Shown: positions 10,624 to 22,915, counted from the first letter of the stretch. The stretch is 64,000 bases of DNA from Cellulomonas sp. (GCF_965229465.1 NZ_OZ245882.1:2454494-2518493), one strand, 5' to 3'. Notes: a model not told the origin generated them from the sequence alone. Translations and numbers: made by a program.

Positions 10624-11951
10624 GTCCCACGTTCTCCTCGCTGAAGTTCCGCAACTACCGGCTGTGGTTCGCCGGGGCGCTGGTGGCGAACGTCGGCACC
10701 TGGATGCAGCGCGTCGCCCAGGACTGGCTGGTCCTGACGCAGCTCACCGACGAGTCCGGTGTGGCGGTCGGCATCACCACCGCCCTCCAGTTCGCGCCCG
10801 TGCTCCTGCTCTCCCCGTACGCGGGCCTGCTGGCGGACCGGGTGGACCGCCGCAAGCTGCTCATGGCCACGCAGGTGGGCCAGGGGGTGCTCGCCGCCGG
10901 GCTGGGCGTGCTGGTGCTCAGCGGGCACGCGCAGCTGTGGCACGTGTACCTGTTCGCCCTGACCCTCGGGTGCGTCACCGCCATCGACGGCCCCGTGCGG
11001 CAGACGTTCGTCGCCGAGCTGGTGCCCGCGTCCAAGCTGGCCAACGCGGTGGGCCTGAACAGCGCGTCGTTCAACGCCGCCCGGCTGATCGGTCCCGGCG
11101 TGGCCGGCCTGCTCATCGCGGCCGTCGGCACCGGCTGGGTGTTCCTCATCAACGCGGTGACGTTCTTCGCGACGATCTTCGCGCTCACCCGCATGCGGAC
11201 GTCCGAGCTGAGCCCGATGCCGACCACCGTGCGCGCCAAGGGGCAGCTGCGCGAGGGCATCGCCTACGTGCGCGGCCGCAGCGACATCCTGGTGATCATG
11301 GTGGTCGTCGGCGTCGTGTCCACGTTCGGCCTGAACTTCCAGCTGACCAGCGCCATGATGGCGCGCACCGAGTTCGGCCGCGGCGCGCAGGAGTACGGGA
11401 TCCTCGGGTCGGTGCTGGCCATCGGGTCGCTCACCGGCGCGCTGCTGGCCGCCCGGCGGGAGCGCCCGCGGGTCCGGCTGGTGATCGGCGCGGCCTTCGG
11501 GTTCGGCATCGCCACCGGCGTGATGGCCCTGATGCCCACGTACCTGTCGTTCGTGATCGCCTGCATCCCCGTCGGGCTGGCGTCGCTGACCATGATGACG
11601 GCCGCCAACGCGACCATCCAGCTGAGCACCGACCCCGCTGTACGCGGACGCGTCATGGCCCTGTACATGATGGTGTTCCTCGGCGCGACGCCCATCGGGT
11701 CGCCCATCGTCGGGTGGATCGGTGAGACGTACGGACCCCGCTGGGCCATCGGCATCGGCTCGATCTCTGCGCTGCTCGTCGCCACCGGCGCCGCACTGTG
11801 GGCGTGGAAGAAGTGGGACGTCACCGTCCGCTACCACGTGCGCACCCGGCCCCACCTCGAGGTGGTCTACCCGACCCTGCCCGCCCGCCGCGCGGAGACC
11901 GCCGCCCGGCTCGGAGCCCAGGAGGCCGCGGACCGCCAGACGGCTGCATGA
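10620..11951 (+). CDS. MFS transporter
   Basis: NYRLWFAG...GTWMQRVAQDWLV motif, 12 TM; ATGA overlap with marR. Confidence 0.88.
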   Translation: MSPTFSSLKFRNYRLWFAGALVANVGTWMQRVAQDWLVLTQLTDESGVAVGITTALQFAPVLLLSPYAGLLADRVDRRKLLMATQVGQGVLAAGLGVLVLSGHAQLWHVYLFALTLGCVTAIDGPVRQTFVAELVPASKLANAVGLNSASFNAARLIGPGVAGLLIAAVGTGWVFLINAVTFFATIFALTRMRTSELSPMPTTVRAKGQLREGIAYVRGRSDILVIMVVVGVVSTFGLNFQLTSAMMARTEFGRGAQEYGILGSVLAIGSLTGALLAARRERPRVRLVIGAAFGFGIATGVMALMPTYLSFVIACIPVGLASLTMMTAANATIQLSTDPAVRGRVMALYMMVFLGATPIGSPIVGWIGETYGPRWAIGIGSISALLVATGAALWAWKKWDVTVRYHVRTRPHLEVVYPTLPARRAETAARLGAQEAADRQTAA

Positions 11952-12009
11952 GGGTGAATAGCACCCCCAACCGTGTCGGGTGCTATGTCCCACATGTGAC
12001 GATCGTCCG

Positions 12010-13836
12010 GTGAGCGCAACCGTCGATGGCCCGACCGCGCCGCAGACGCGCCCCGACGACGAGCCCGACCCGGAACCGGACCCCCGTCGTCCGCGCAGCC
12101 GTCGTCGCCGCATCGTGGGCCGCGTCGTCACGGGCGTCTTCGTGGTCCTGGCCGTGCTGGTGGTCGCCGCCTGCTGGCTCGCCTACCGGGGGCTCCAGGC
12201 GTCCGAGGCGCTCTTCTCGGCCAAGTCCGTGTTCACCGACCTCAAGACGCAGCTCGACGAGGGCAGCACCGGCCAGATCGAGGCGAAGCTCCCGCAGGTG
12301 CAGGAGGACCTCGCCACCGCGCGCCGGGCCACCAGCGACCCGGTGTGGCGGGTCGCGGAGATCGTCCCCGGGCTCGGCCCCAACCTGACCGCCCTGCGCG
12401 TGGTCTCGGCGTCGCTGGAGGACGTCACCCGCGACTCCCTACCGGCGGTCGTGCGGCTCAACGACGTGCTCGAGGCGCCGAACGTGCGGGGGGCCGACGG
12501 ACGCGTGGACCTGGCGCCCTTCGTCGCGGCCGGTCCGGAGGTCATCGCCGCGGCCGAGAGTGCTCGGACGGCGCAGACCGCGGTCGCCGAGATCGACGTC
12601 GACCGGCTGGTCGGCCCGCTGGTGGGTCCGATCGGCCAGCTCAAGGACGGGCTGGACCAGGTGACCGGGGCCCTGGACGCGGGCGCGCAGGTGGCCACCC
12701 TGCTGCCGCCGATGCTCGGCGCCGACGGCCCCCGCACCTACCTGCTGGTCTCCCTGAACTCCGCCGAGCTGCGCAGCGCGGGCGGCATCGTCGGCGCCTT
12801 CGCCGTGCTGCACGCCGAGGACGGCGCGGTGACGCTCACCGACCAGCGCTCCACCATCGACCTCCAGGGCATCGACGAGCCGATCCTGCCGCTGTCGCCC
12901 GAGGAGCTGGCGGTCGACACCGACCGGCTGGGCCGGTGGGTGCAGGACGCCGTGATCACCCCCGACTTCCCGCGGACCGCGCAGCTGCTCTCCGCCCGCT
13001 GGGAGCGGGACATGGGCCAGCGCCTGGACGGGGTCGTCGCCGCCGACCCGGTGGGCGCCCGGTACCTGCTCAAGGCCACCGGCCCGGTGACCGAGCCCGG
13101 CGGCACCAAGATCGACGCCGCGGACGTGCTCGAGGTGCTGCTGCGCGACTCGTACCGCAAGATCCCGGACCCGCGGGACGCGGACGCGTTCTACGCGGGC
13201 GTCGCGGCCTCGATCTTCAAGGCGGTCGGCTCCGGGCAGGGTGACCCGCAGGGCCTGGTCAGCGCGCTGGCGCGGGCGGGCACCGAGGGGCGCATCCGGA
13301 TCTGGTCGGCGCACCCCGACGAGCAGGAGACCCTGGCCGGCACCACCGTCGGTGCGGCGTTCCTCACCGGCGACTTCCCCGACGCGGTCGGCGTGTTCCT
13401 CAACGACGGCTCGGCGGGCAAGCTCGACTACTACCTGACCACGACGGTGACGGTCGAGGACCTCCGGTGCAGCGGCGACGACCCGACGGCGACCGTCCGC
13501 CTCGACCTGGACTACCAGCCGCCCGCGGACGTCGCCTCGCTGCCGCAGTACGTGACCGGCACGGCGCAGACCGGCCTGCCGGTCGGGGTGCTGTCCACCA
13601 ACGTCACGGTCTACGCGCCCGTCGGGGCGCCCCTGCAGGCCCTCGGCCTGGACGACGGCTACGTCTCGGGCACCACCGCCACCGTGGCCGGCCGCGACGT
13701 CCAGGTGGTCACCTCCACCCTGGTCCCGGGGGCCACGGAGACCTACCGCATCACGGTCCCCGTGCGCGACGGGATGGTGTCGGCCTGGACCACCCCCACG
13801 CTGACCAGCCCCGGGTTCGTCACCGCCTCCTGCTGA
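12010..13836 (+). CDS. DUF4012 domain membrane-anchored protein
   Basis: N-terminal TM; RTYLLVSLNSAELRSAGG, PDFP and GKLDYYL motifs. Confidence 0.8.
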   Translation: MSATVDGPTAPQTRPDDEPDPEPDPRRPRSRRRRIVGRVVTGVFVVLAVLVVAACWLAYRGLQASEALFSAKSVFTDLKTQLDEGSTGQIEAKLPQVQEDLATARRATSDPVWRVAEIVPGLGPNLTALRVVSASLEDVTRDSLPAVVRLNDVLEAPNVRGADGRVDLAPFVAAGPEVIAAAESARTAQTAVAEIDVDRLVGPLVGPIGQLKDGLDQVTGALDAGAQVATLLPPMLGADGPRTYLLVSLNSAELRSAGGIVGAFAVLHAEDGAVTLTDQRSTIDLQGIDEPILPLSPEELAVDTDRLGRWVQDAVITPDFPRTAQLLSARWERDMGQRLDGVVAADPVGARYLLKATGPVTEPGGTKIDAADVLEVLLRDSYRKIPDPRDADAFYAGVAASIFKAVGSGQGDPQGLVSALARAGTEGRIRIWSAHPDEQETLAGTTVGAAFLTGDFPDAVGVFLNDGSAGKLDYYLTTTVTVEDLRCSGDDPTATVRLDLDYQPPADVASLPQYVTGTAQTGLPVGVLSTNVTVYAPVGAPLQALGLDDGYVSGTTATVAGRDVQVVTSTLVPGATETYRITVPVRDGMVSAWTTPTLTSPGFVTASC

Positions 13837-13918
13837 ATGGGTGAATCGGACAGAACGGGCGAAATCACCCGTTAGGACAGGCTGGAATCGGCTCCCGTCG
13901 AGCAACAATGTGTACGAA

Positions 13919-14650
13919 ATGTCCGAATCCCAGACGGGGGCGAATCCCATCATGGCCACTCTCATCCGCGGCGCGTTCGTCGCGCTCTTCGCGGTCCTCA
14001 TCGGCCTTGGTGGCGCCCTGCCCTCCAACGCCGTCGACGACCCGTCGCCCAAGCCCACCGTCGAGGAGCCCGTGTACGGCTGCCTCGACCCGGTGGACGA
14101 GTACGGCGTCGAGCGCCAGTGCCAGCTCAAGATCCAGATCCTTACGCCGGTGTGCGACAACGACGTCCCGAAGCTCCGGTACAAGGTCGTCGCCATCGGC
14201 AGCCCGAACACCAAGGTCACCATCACCTGGGACAACCCGAGCGGCGCCGACGTCGTGTACCCCGACCTCCCCCTCGAGGGCACGGTCAACTGGCCGGGCG
14301 CGGTCGAGGGTCCTGACGGCAAGGGCATCGACTGGCCGGGCTGGACGCAGCTGCCCGACGGCTCCTGGGTCGAGGGTGACGCGTACGACTGGGTCCGCCC
14401 GACCGTGAAGGTGCTCTTCCAGGTGAACCCTGAGGCCACCGTGACCGTCAGCTACCCGCCGTCCAGCCCGCAGTGCACCACCAACCCGCCGGACGACGAG
14501 GTGCTCGCGGACAACCAGAAGACGGTCGTCCTGTCCGCCACGGGTACTGACGCCGGACCGCTCGTCCTCACGGGTGCCGGACTGGTCGTCGTCGGTGCTC
14601 TGGTCGTCGCAGTGGTGGCGATCGCCCGCCGCCGCCGTCCGACCTACTGA
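13919..14650 (+). CDS. Secreted, sortase-anchored cell-surface protein
   Basis: Signal peptide; C-terminal LSATG (LAXTG-like) followed by a TM segment and RRRR tail. Start may be 13952. Confidence 0.7.
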   Translation: MSESQTGANPIMATLIRGAFVALFAVLIGLGGALPSNAVDDPSPKPTVEEPVYGCLDPVDEYGVERQCQLKIQILTPVCDNDVPKLRYKVVAIGSPNTKVTITWDNPSGADVVYPDLPLEGTVNWPGAVEGPDGKGIDWPGWTQLPDGSWVEGDAYDWVRPTVKVLFQVNPEATVTVSYPPSSPQCTTNPPDDEVLADNQKTVVLSATGTDAGPLVLTGAGLVVVGALVVAVVAIARRRRPTY

Positions 14651-14668
14651 GCAGCGGTACCGACGACA

Positions 14669-14707
14669 GACGCCCGTCCCCCGTGCTGACCACGGGGGGC
14701 GGGCGTC
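14669..14707. terminator. 17-bp hairpin between convergent genes (bidirectional terminator)
   Basis: GACGCCCGTCCCCCGTG-ctgac-CACGGGGGGCGGGCGTC with one G-U pair. Confidence 0.75.
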
Positions 14708-14723
14708 CGTCACGTCCGGGCGG

Positions 14724-16704
<1,981 letters not shown>

Positions 16705-17007
16705 TCCTGTCCGAAAGCCCGTCTGAGTCCGTCTCAGCCCGTGTGAGAGCTCGTCTGGGAGGCCCCTGGGTGCCTCCTGGGGACGGCGTCGTGATCTTTC
16801 ACCGAACTCTCATCAGCGGCTCGTGCGCGCGCTCCCACGCCCCTGATCGGCGTCTTTGCAGGTCACCCGGGAGTTCGGACCACGCGTCCAAGACGCCTGT
16901 CCGACAAGAGCAGAGATTCCCGTGATCGGAACGTGACAATCGCTGCGGACGTCCTGTACGTTCGACCTGCTTCTCCAGAACCCTCCTCCGGAGAAGCCCT
17001 CGAGCGG

Positions 17008-17182
17008 AACGCCTAACCCTGCCGCCGCCACGAGGTCCGCACTGACCGCCGGCAGGGGCGGGGGACCCAATTGCGGGCACCGGAAGTTCGGTGTCCTTGG
17101 GGTGAAGCCGGAGATCCGATCTCGATCGGGGACACGGCCGGGTGTTCTCCCACCCGAACCCGACAGCTGACCTCGTAGGCAT
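17008..17182 (+). ncRNA. c-di-AMP (ydaO/yuaA) riboswitch
   Basis: CCTGCCG...CGGCAGGGGCGGGGGACCCAA, GGGGTGAAGCC and CCCGAACCCGACAGCTGACCTCGTAGGC match the actinobacterial ydaO consensus; lies upstream of a cell-wall hydrolase. Boundaries approximate. Confidence 0.9.
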
Positions 17183-17197
17183 CAGGAGAGGCAACGC

Positions 17198-17968
17198 GTG
17201 ACCGTGAGCACCACTAGCGCCCGCCATCGTGCGGCGCGCCGTCCATCGACGCCCTTGACCGAGTTTGCTGCAGCCGCCTCGGACCAGATGGGCACCGTCG
17301 GACGCCGTACCGCCGTCGTGGCCGCGTCGTCGGGACTCATCGTCTCGATGCTCGGCTCGTCCGCCAGCGCCACCGGTGGTGAAGCAGGCGCACTCCCCGC
17401 GGTCGACACCGCAGCGCTGACGGCCTCGGCCCGCGCCGTGCTGAACACCGCTCCCGTCGTGACCGCCCCGGTCGACGCCGCCTGGACGTTCGACGTCCCG
17501 GTCGTCACGGCAGAGACGCCGCCGCCCCCGCCGCCGCCGGTCAAGGTCAAGGCCGCCGCCTCGCGCAGCACCACGCGCGCTGCTGCCGCTGTCGCCACCA
17601 CCGAGACCACGAACGCCGCGGTGCCGCAGTCGGTCGCCGGCAACGCCGTTCTCGAGGTCGCCGCCCGTTACGTCGGCACCCCGTACGTCTCCGGCGGTTC
17701 GACGCCCGACGGCTTCGACTGCTCCGGCTTCGTCTCCTACGTCTACGCGCAGCTCGGCATCTCCCTGCCGCGCACGTCCAGCGGCATCAAGGCCGCCGGC
17801 ACGGTCATCTCGCGGGCGGACGCCCAGCCTGGTGACCTCATCTGGAGCCCCGGCCACATCTCGATCTACGCGGGTGGCAACGACCAGATCGACTCGCCCC
17901 GCCCGGGCAAGACGATCCAGTTCCGCGCCATCTGGCAGAGCTCGCCCGTCTTCATCCGGATCGGCTGA
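17198..17968 (+). CDS. NlpC/P60 (C40) peptidoglycan endopeptidase
   Basis: GTPYVSGG, FDCSGF and GHISIY motifs; SD GGAGAGG upstream. Confidence 0.92.
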   Translation: MTVSTTSARHRAARRPSTPLTEFAAAASDQMGTVGRRTAVVAASSGLIVSMLGSSASATGGEAGALPAVDTAALTASARAVLNTAPVVTAPVDAAWTFDVPVVTAETPPPPPPPVKVKAAASRSTTRAAAAVATTETTNAAVPQSVAGNAVLEVAARYVGTPYVSGGSTPDGFDCSGFVSYVYAQLGISLPRTSSGIKAAGTVISRADAQPGDLIWSPGHISIYAGGNDQIDSPRPGKTIQFRAIWQSSPVFIRIG

Positions 17969-17983
17969 GCCCAGCCGCCCCTC

Positions 17984-18030
17984 ACGACGAGGCCCCGACG
18001 ACATCGACGTCGTCGGGGCCTCGTCGTTTT
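17984..18030 (+). terminator. Intrinsic terminator
   Basis: Perfect 19-bp stem (17984-18002 / 18009-18027) followed by T residues. Confidence 0.85.
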
Positions 18031-18141
18031 CCTGCGGCCCTCCGGACCGACCGGCGCGTACTCTGGCCGTGCACCACGCTGTTGCTTCGCTTCGCCGGGC
18101 CGGCAGCCAGCCGGTTCGACCCCCGAGGTCGGGAGAACGCC

Positions 18142-18717
18142 GTGCTCTTGAATGCGTCGAAGCTGTCCACCGAGGCCGTCGGTGGGGCAGCCACTGAGGT
18201 CGGCTCACCAGGGCTGATCGCGTCCGGAGCACGCACCCTGCTGCTCAACGCCAGCATGGAACCGCTGTGCATCGTGAGCCTGCGGCGTGCCGTCGTGCTC
18301 GTGATGACCGGCAAGGCGACCGTGCTCGAGACCGACGGTCGCCTGCTGCACTCCGAGCACGTGTCCGTCCCCCTGCCGGTCGTCCTGTGCCTGACGCGCT
18401 ACGTGCACGTCCCCGTCCGCCGGCCCGTGCCCCCCACGCGTCGCACCGTGCTCCAGCGCGACAACCACCGTTGCGCGTACTGCGGCGGGGGAGCGGACAC
18501 CGTCGACCACGTGAACCCGCGCTCGCGCGGCGGCCGGCACGAGTGGACCAACGTCGTGGCCGCCTGCGTGCGGTGCAACCACCGCAAGGCGGACCGGCTG
18601 CTGCACGAGATCGGCTGGGAGCTCCCGTTCGTCCCGCGGGCGCCGCGCTGGTCGGTGGCGTTCGGCACCACCTCGGTCCGGTCCGAGCCGCTGTGGTCGC
18701 AGTACGTCGTCGCCTGA
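18142..18717 (+). CDS. HNH endonuclease (McrA-like)
   Basis: LLNASMEPL, RDNHRCAYCG, TVDHVNPRSRGG and NVVAACVRCNHRK motifs. Confidence 0.88.
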   Translation: MLLNASKLSTEAVGGAATEVGSPGLIASGARTLLLNASMEPLCIVSLRRAVVLVMTGKATVLETDGRLLHSEHVSVPLPVVLCLTRYVHVPVRRPVPPTRRTVLQRDNHRCAYCGGGADTVDHVNPRSRGGRHEWTNVVAACVRCNHRKADRLLHEIGWELPFVPRAPRWSVAFGTTSVRSEPLWSQYVVA

Positions 18718-18844
18718 CCCTCGTCTTCGTCAAGAATCCACCAACGTATGGCATCATTCCGGCTACCGCCGGGTGCATCCGTGCACCGCGGGAGGACACT
18801 GGGACGAGCGCACGGTGGGCTCGGCACGAGCACGGAGGCTCCGG

Positions 18845-19783
18845 ATGACGCGTGACGATGTGGTCCTCGTCGGGGTGGACGGGTCGGCCGCGAGCCTGCA
18901 CGCGCTCGACTGGGCCGCCGCACAGGCCAGGACCCACGGCTGGGGCGTCCGGTTGGTGTGCAGCTACTCGCTCCCGTCGTTCACCGCGGCCTCGCTCGAC
19001 GGCGGCTACGCAGCGCTCGACGACACCGCCATCCAGGAGGGCGCCAAGGCGGTGCTGTCCGAGGCCACGCAGCGGGTGTCCGACATGGGGGTGCCCGTCA
19101 CGGCCAAGGTGCTCACCGGCGACGCCGCGGGGGTGCTCGTCGACCTGTCCCGGTCGGTCCGGCTCGCGGTCGTCGGCACGCGCGGGCGCGGCGGGTTCGC
19201 GGACCGCCTGCTGGGCACCGTCTCGTCGGCCCTGCCGGCGCACGCGTTCAGCCCGACCGTCGTCGTCCCCCTGCGGGAGGCGGGCAAGACCCTGCCCGAC
19301 GACGCCCCCATCCCGGCCCCGCGCCCGGTCAAGCGCATCGTCGTCGGCGTCGACGGCTCCCCCCAGGCCGAGCACGCGCTGCGCTACGCCATCGGGGAGG
19401 CCGAGGCGTGGGGCGCCGAGCTGACCGCCGTCGCGGGCGTGCCCGTGGGGTCCATGACGGGCGTGCTGGCGTGGCTGCCGGCCACGGTGGACCACGAGCA
19501 GGTGCTGCGGGACGTCACCGAGGGCCTGCACGTGGTGGTCGACCGCGCGCTGGCCGACCACCCGGGCGTGACGGTCCGGCGGATCGCCCTGGACGGCACG
19601 GGCGCCGAGCTGCTCACCGAGTTCTCGGTGGCCACCGACCTGATCGTCGTCGGCTCCCGCGGACGCGGCGGGTTCGCCGGGCTGCTGCTGGGTTCCACCA
19701 GCCAGGCCGTGCTGCACCACTCCGACTGCCCCGTCATGGTGGTCACCAACCGGTGCGCCACCGCAGAGGCCATCGCCGGCTGA
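18845..19783 (+). CDS. Tandem-domain universal stress protein
   Basis: Two VVGVDGS domains, each with a G(T/S)RGRGGF..LLG motif. Confidence 0.92.
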   Translation: MTRDDVVLVGVDGSAASLHALDWAAAQARTHGWGVRLVCSYSLPSFTAASLDGGYAALDDTAIQEGAKAVLSEATQRVSDMGVPVTAKVLTGDAAGVLVDLSRSVRLAVVGTRGRGGFADRLLGTVSSALPAHAFSPTVVVPLREAGKTLPDDAPIPAPRPVKRIVVGVDGSPQAEHALRYAIGEAEAWGAELTAVAGVPVGSMTGVLAWLPATVDHEQVLRDVTEGLHVVVDRALADHPGVTVRRIALDGTGAELLTEFSVATDLIVVGSRGRGGFAGLLLGSTSQAVLHHSDCPVMVVTNRCATAEAIAG

Positions 19784-20263
19784 CTAACCCTCGGGCGCCG
19801 GCGGCACGTCCGGTCGGCGCACCAGAGCCGAGAGCACCACGGTCGAGCGCGTGCGCGCCACGAACGGCTCCGCGGCCAGCCTCTCCACCACCCGCTCCAG
19901 GTGCCGCATGTCCCGCGCCCGCACCTGCACCATCAGGTCGACGTCCCCCGTCACGGTGCTCGCCGCGACCACCTCGGGGTAGTGCTCGACCGCCGAGCGC
20001 ATGGTCGCCGGGCTGGTGGAGCCCTGGCAGAACAGCTCGACGAAGGCCTCGGTCTGCCAGCCCATGGCCGCGGGGTCCAGCCGGACCGTGAACCCGCGGA
20101 TCACCCCCCGCTCGCGCAGCCGGTCCACCCGTCGCTTCACGGCCGGTGCCGACAGGGACACCTGCTCTCCCACCTGCGCGAACGTCGCCCGGGCGTCGAG
20201 TGCGAGCACCCGCAGGATCGCGGTGTCGAGCGCGTCCAGGCCGGAGTCGTCGGTCACGGTCAC
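19784..20263 (-). CDS. Lrp/AsnC family regulator
   Basis: LDTAIL..L..DAR, LSAPAVKRRVDRL and VTGDVD motifs. Confidence 0.9.
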   Translation of the reverse strand: MTVTDDSGLDALDTAILRVLALDARATFAQVGEQVSLSAPAVKRRVDRLRERGVIRGFTVRLDPAAMGWQTEAFVELFCQGSTSPATMRSAVEHYPEVVAASTVTGDVDLMVQVRARDMRHLERVVERLAAEPFVARTRSTVVLSALVRRPDVPPAPEG

Positions 20264-20446
20264 ATCATCGCCGTTCTCGGGCGATTGGTGTAACCCGCGG
20301 AAAAATGGCACTCTGCGACACGTACTAGTCCAAACGGGTGATTTACCAAAAGGGGCATCTGGCCTCAAGGCGGACGCTCCGCGTGCCGAGATGAGTGGAA
20401 GCCCCACTCGCGGAACACCTGCAAGGGAATGCCCGAAGGAGAAGAC

Positions 20447-21586
20447 GTGGCCAAGGACACGAAGAAGCTGCTCGACCTCGTGCCGAGCCAGCGACCGTCG
20501 GTCATCAGTGCACCCGTCCCGGTGGTCGACGTGCCCACCCAGGTCGACGTTCCCCACCAGAGGACCGCGCCGTCCCCGCTCGTCGAGGAGACCGCCGCGC
20601 GCATCGTCGCGGTCAGACGATCCGTGTGGGTCGGCCTCGCCGCCGGTGTCGCGCTCGCCGTGGCCGCCGGCGGTGGCGTGTACGCCGCCGACCAGAAGGC
20701 ACAGGCCACCCAGGCCCGGGCGCTCGAGGCCGGCCTCCGGGTGGACCAGTCCGTGCAGGCCGCCGCCCGTGACGCCGTCGTGGCGCGCCAGAGTGATGCG
20801 GTCGTCGCCCAGGCCGCGTACGTGACCAGCCGCGCCGCCGCGACGACCGGCGCCCAGGCGACCGTCGACCATGCGAACGCCACGCTCGCCGCCGTGCCGA
20901 ACGCGGGCGACGCCCCGCGCGCCGCCCTGGTGAGCGCTACCGGCGCCGTGGGCACCGCGATCACCGCTCCCCATGTCAGTCTCACGTCCCTGCGCTCGCT
21001 GGTCGCCGGGGTCGCCGCTCCCGAGAAGGCCGCCGTCGACGCGCAGGCCGCGTGGCAGGCGGCCGAGAACGCCCGCATCGCCGCCGAGCAGGCCGCCGCG
21101 GCCGCAGCTGCCCAGGCGGCCGCCGCAGCCCGGTCCGCCAAGGCGCCCACCCGGTCGGCTGCCCGTGCCGCCGCTCCCCGGGCGGCCGCGGGCGCGGCTC
21201 CCGTGGCACCGTCGGCGGGCATCCCCAGCGGCGGCAAGGTGTGCAGCGGCTCCGGGGGCTCCGGCGCCGGCGAGTCCAGCGTGTCGGCCATCGGCTCCGC
21301 GATCAACGCCTACCGCGCGTCGCTCGGCCTCTCGGAGCTGTCGGTCTCCCGCAGCGGCAGCCTCGTGAGCCACTCGATCAACATGGCCAACGCCGGTGGC
21401 ATCTGGCACTCCGGCGGGGACAACATCGTGGCCTGCGTGAGCAACGGCTCGGCGTCCTCGATGGTCGCCGCCTGGTCGCGGTCCGCCGGGCACGACGCCC
21501 AGATGCGCCGCACCGACGTGTCGAGCATGTCGGTGGGCGGCGCGAGCCTCGGCGGCTGGCTCTTCGGCGCAGTGAAGTTCAGCTGA
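20447..21586 (+). CDS. Membrane-anchored Ala-rich protein with C-terminal CAP-like domain
   Basis: TM, then an Ala/Gln stalk, then AINAYRASLGL...AWSRSAGH; SD AAGGAG. Confidence 0.7.
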   Translation: MAKDTKKLLDLVPSQRPSVISAPVPVVDVPTQVDVPHQRTAPSPLVEETAARIVAVRRSVWVGLAAGVALAVAAGGGVYAADQKAQATQARALEAGLRVDQSVQAAARDAVVARQSDAVVAQAAYVTSRAAATTGAQATVDHANATLAAVPNAGDAPRAALVSATGAVGTAITAPHVSLTSLRSLVAGVAAPEKAAVDAQAAWQAAENARIAAEQAAAAAAAQAAAAARSAKAPTRSAARAAAPRAAAGAAPVAPSAGIPSGGKVCSGSGGSGAGESSVSAIGSAINAYRASLGLSELSVSRSGSLVSHSINMANAGGIWHSGGDNIVACVSNGSASSMVAAWSRSAGHDAQMRRTDVSSMSVGGASLGGWLFGAVKFS

Positions 21587-21594
21587 CACCCGCA

Positions 21595-21701
21595 ACGTCC
21601 GAGCATCTGGTCGCCCTGGCAGCCACATGCTCGGACGTCGCAGTGTGCACTCGCCGAGCGTCCGAGGAAGTGGTCGCTCGAGCAGCCACTTCCTCGGACG
21701 T
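21595..21701. repeat. Two tandem related REP-like palindromes
   Basis: Unit 1 is 21595-21638 (ACGTCCGAGCAT...ATGCTCGGACGT). Unit 2 is 21658-21701 (CGTCCGAGGAAGTGG...CCACTTCCTCGGACG). They share a TGGTCGC...CAGCCAC core. Confidence 0.7.
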
Positions 21702-21706
21702 CCGTG

Positions 21707-22915
21707 TCAGCGCAGGGCGTCCGCCAGACGGTCCGTGGCCAGGTGCAGGTCTTCCGTGCTGATCGTCAGCGGGGGAGCCAGGCGGATGGTGCTGCCGTGG
21801 GTGTCCTTGGCCAGCACGCCGCGGGCCAGCAGGCGCTCGCACAGCTGACGGCCGGTGCCGCGGCCCTCGGCCACGTCGAGCCCCGCCCAGAGGCCCACGC
21901 GTCGCGACGAGGCCAGCAGACCGGCGTCGGCGAGCGCGTCCAGGCGGGTGCCCCACTCGATCCCGAGCGTCGTGGCACGCGCCTGGAGCTCCCCGGTCTC
22001 CAGCAGGCCGACGACCGCCAGGCCGACCGCGCACGCCAGCGGGTTGCCGCCGAACGTGGACCCGTGGGTGCCGGCCGTGAGCACGCCGAGCACGTCGGAG
22101 CGGCCGACGACCGCCGACACGGGGAGCACCCCGCCGCCGAGCGCCTTGCCCAGGGTGACCAGGTCGGGCTTCACGCCCCAGAGCTCGGACGCGAGCGTGG
22201 TGCCCGTGCGGCCGAGCCCGGACTGGATCTCGTCGGCGATGAAGAGCACGTCGTGCTCGGAGCAGAGCGCGCGGACGCCAGGCAGGTAGTCGGCCGGCGG
22301 GACGACGACGCCCTGCTCGCCCTGGATCGGCTCCAGGAGGACGGCCACGGTCGTCTCGTCGATCGCGTCGCGCAGAGCCTCCACCGAGCCGTACGGGACC
22401 ACCCGGAACCCGGGCGTGTACGGGCCGAAGCCGCGGCGCGCGTCGGGGTCGGTGGAGAACGACACGATCGTCGTCGTGCGGCCGTGGAAGTTGCCGTCGG
22501 CCACCAGGATCGTCGCGCGGTCGGCGGGCACGCCCTTGACGTCGTAGCCCCACTTGCGGGCGGCCTTGATGGCGGTCTCGACGGCCTCGGCACCCGTGTT
22601 CATCGGCAGGACCATCGGCGGGCCGGCGACCAGGGGACCGATCAGGGCGGCCAGCCGCGCGGCGAACGGCTCGAGCAGCTCGTGGTCGAACGCGCGGGAC
22701 GTGAGCGTGAGCCTGTCGATCTGCGCGTGCGCCGCGGCCGTGAGCACCGGGTGCCGGTGGCCGAAGTTCAGCGCCGAGTAGCCCGAGAGCAGGTCGAGGT
22801 AGCGGTTGCCCTCGTCGTCGGTGACCCAGGAGCCCAGGCCGTCGACCAGCGTGACCGGGAGCGGGTGGTAGTTGGGGGCCAGGACCGACGCCGGGGCCAC
22901 CTCCACGAGAGTCAT
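21707..22915 (-). CDS. rocD: Ornithine aminotransferase
   Basis: NYHPLPV, YSALNFGH, MNTGAEAVETAIK, EPIQGE, DEIQSGLGRTG and GKALGGG motifs. Confidence 0.92.
   Translation of the reverse strand: MTLVEVAPASVLAPNYHPLPVTLVDGLGSWVTDDEGNRYLDLLSGYSALNFGHRHPVLTAAAHAQIDRLTLTSRAFDHELLEPFAARLAALIGPLVAGPPMVLPMNTGAEAVETAIKAARKWGYDVKGVPADRATILVADGNFHGRTTTIVSFSTDPDARRGFGPYTPGFRVVPYGSVEALRDAIDETTVAVLLEPIQGEQGVVVPPADYLPGVRALCSEHDVLFIADEIQSGLGRTGTTLASELWGVKPDLVTLGKALGGGVLPVSAVVGRSDVLGVLTAGTHGSTFGGNPLACAVGLAVVGLLETGELQARATTLGIEWGTRLDALADAGLLASSRRVGLWAGLDVAEGRGTGRQLCERLLARGVLAKDTHGSTIRLAPPLTISTEDLHLATDRLADALR

Noticed and set aside
18142-18717. HNH nuclease as a possible defence or mobile gene
   Set aside because: Host-like codon usage and a common actinobacterial core family in a housekeeping context.
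20340-20446. Short hairpins upstream of the CAP gene as a possible riboswitch
   Set aside because: No match to c-di-GMP or other consensus motifs I know; the stems are short for this GC content.
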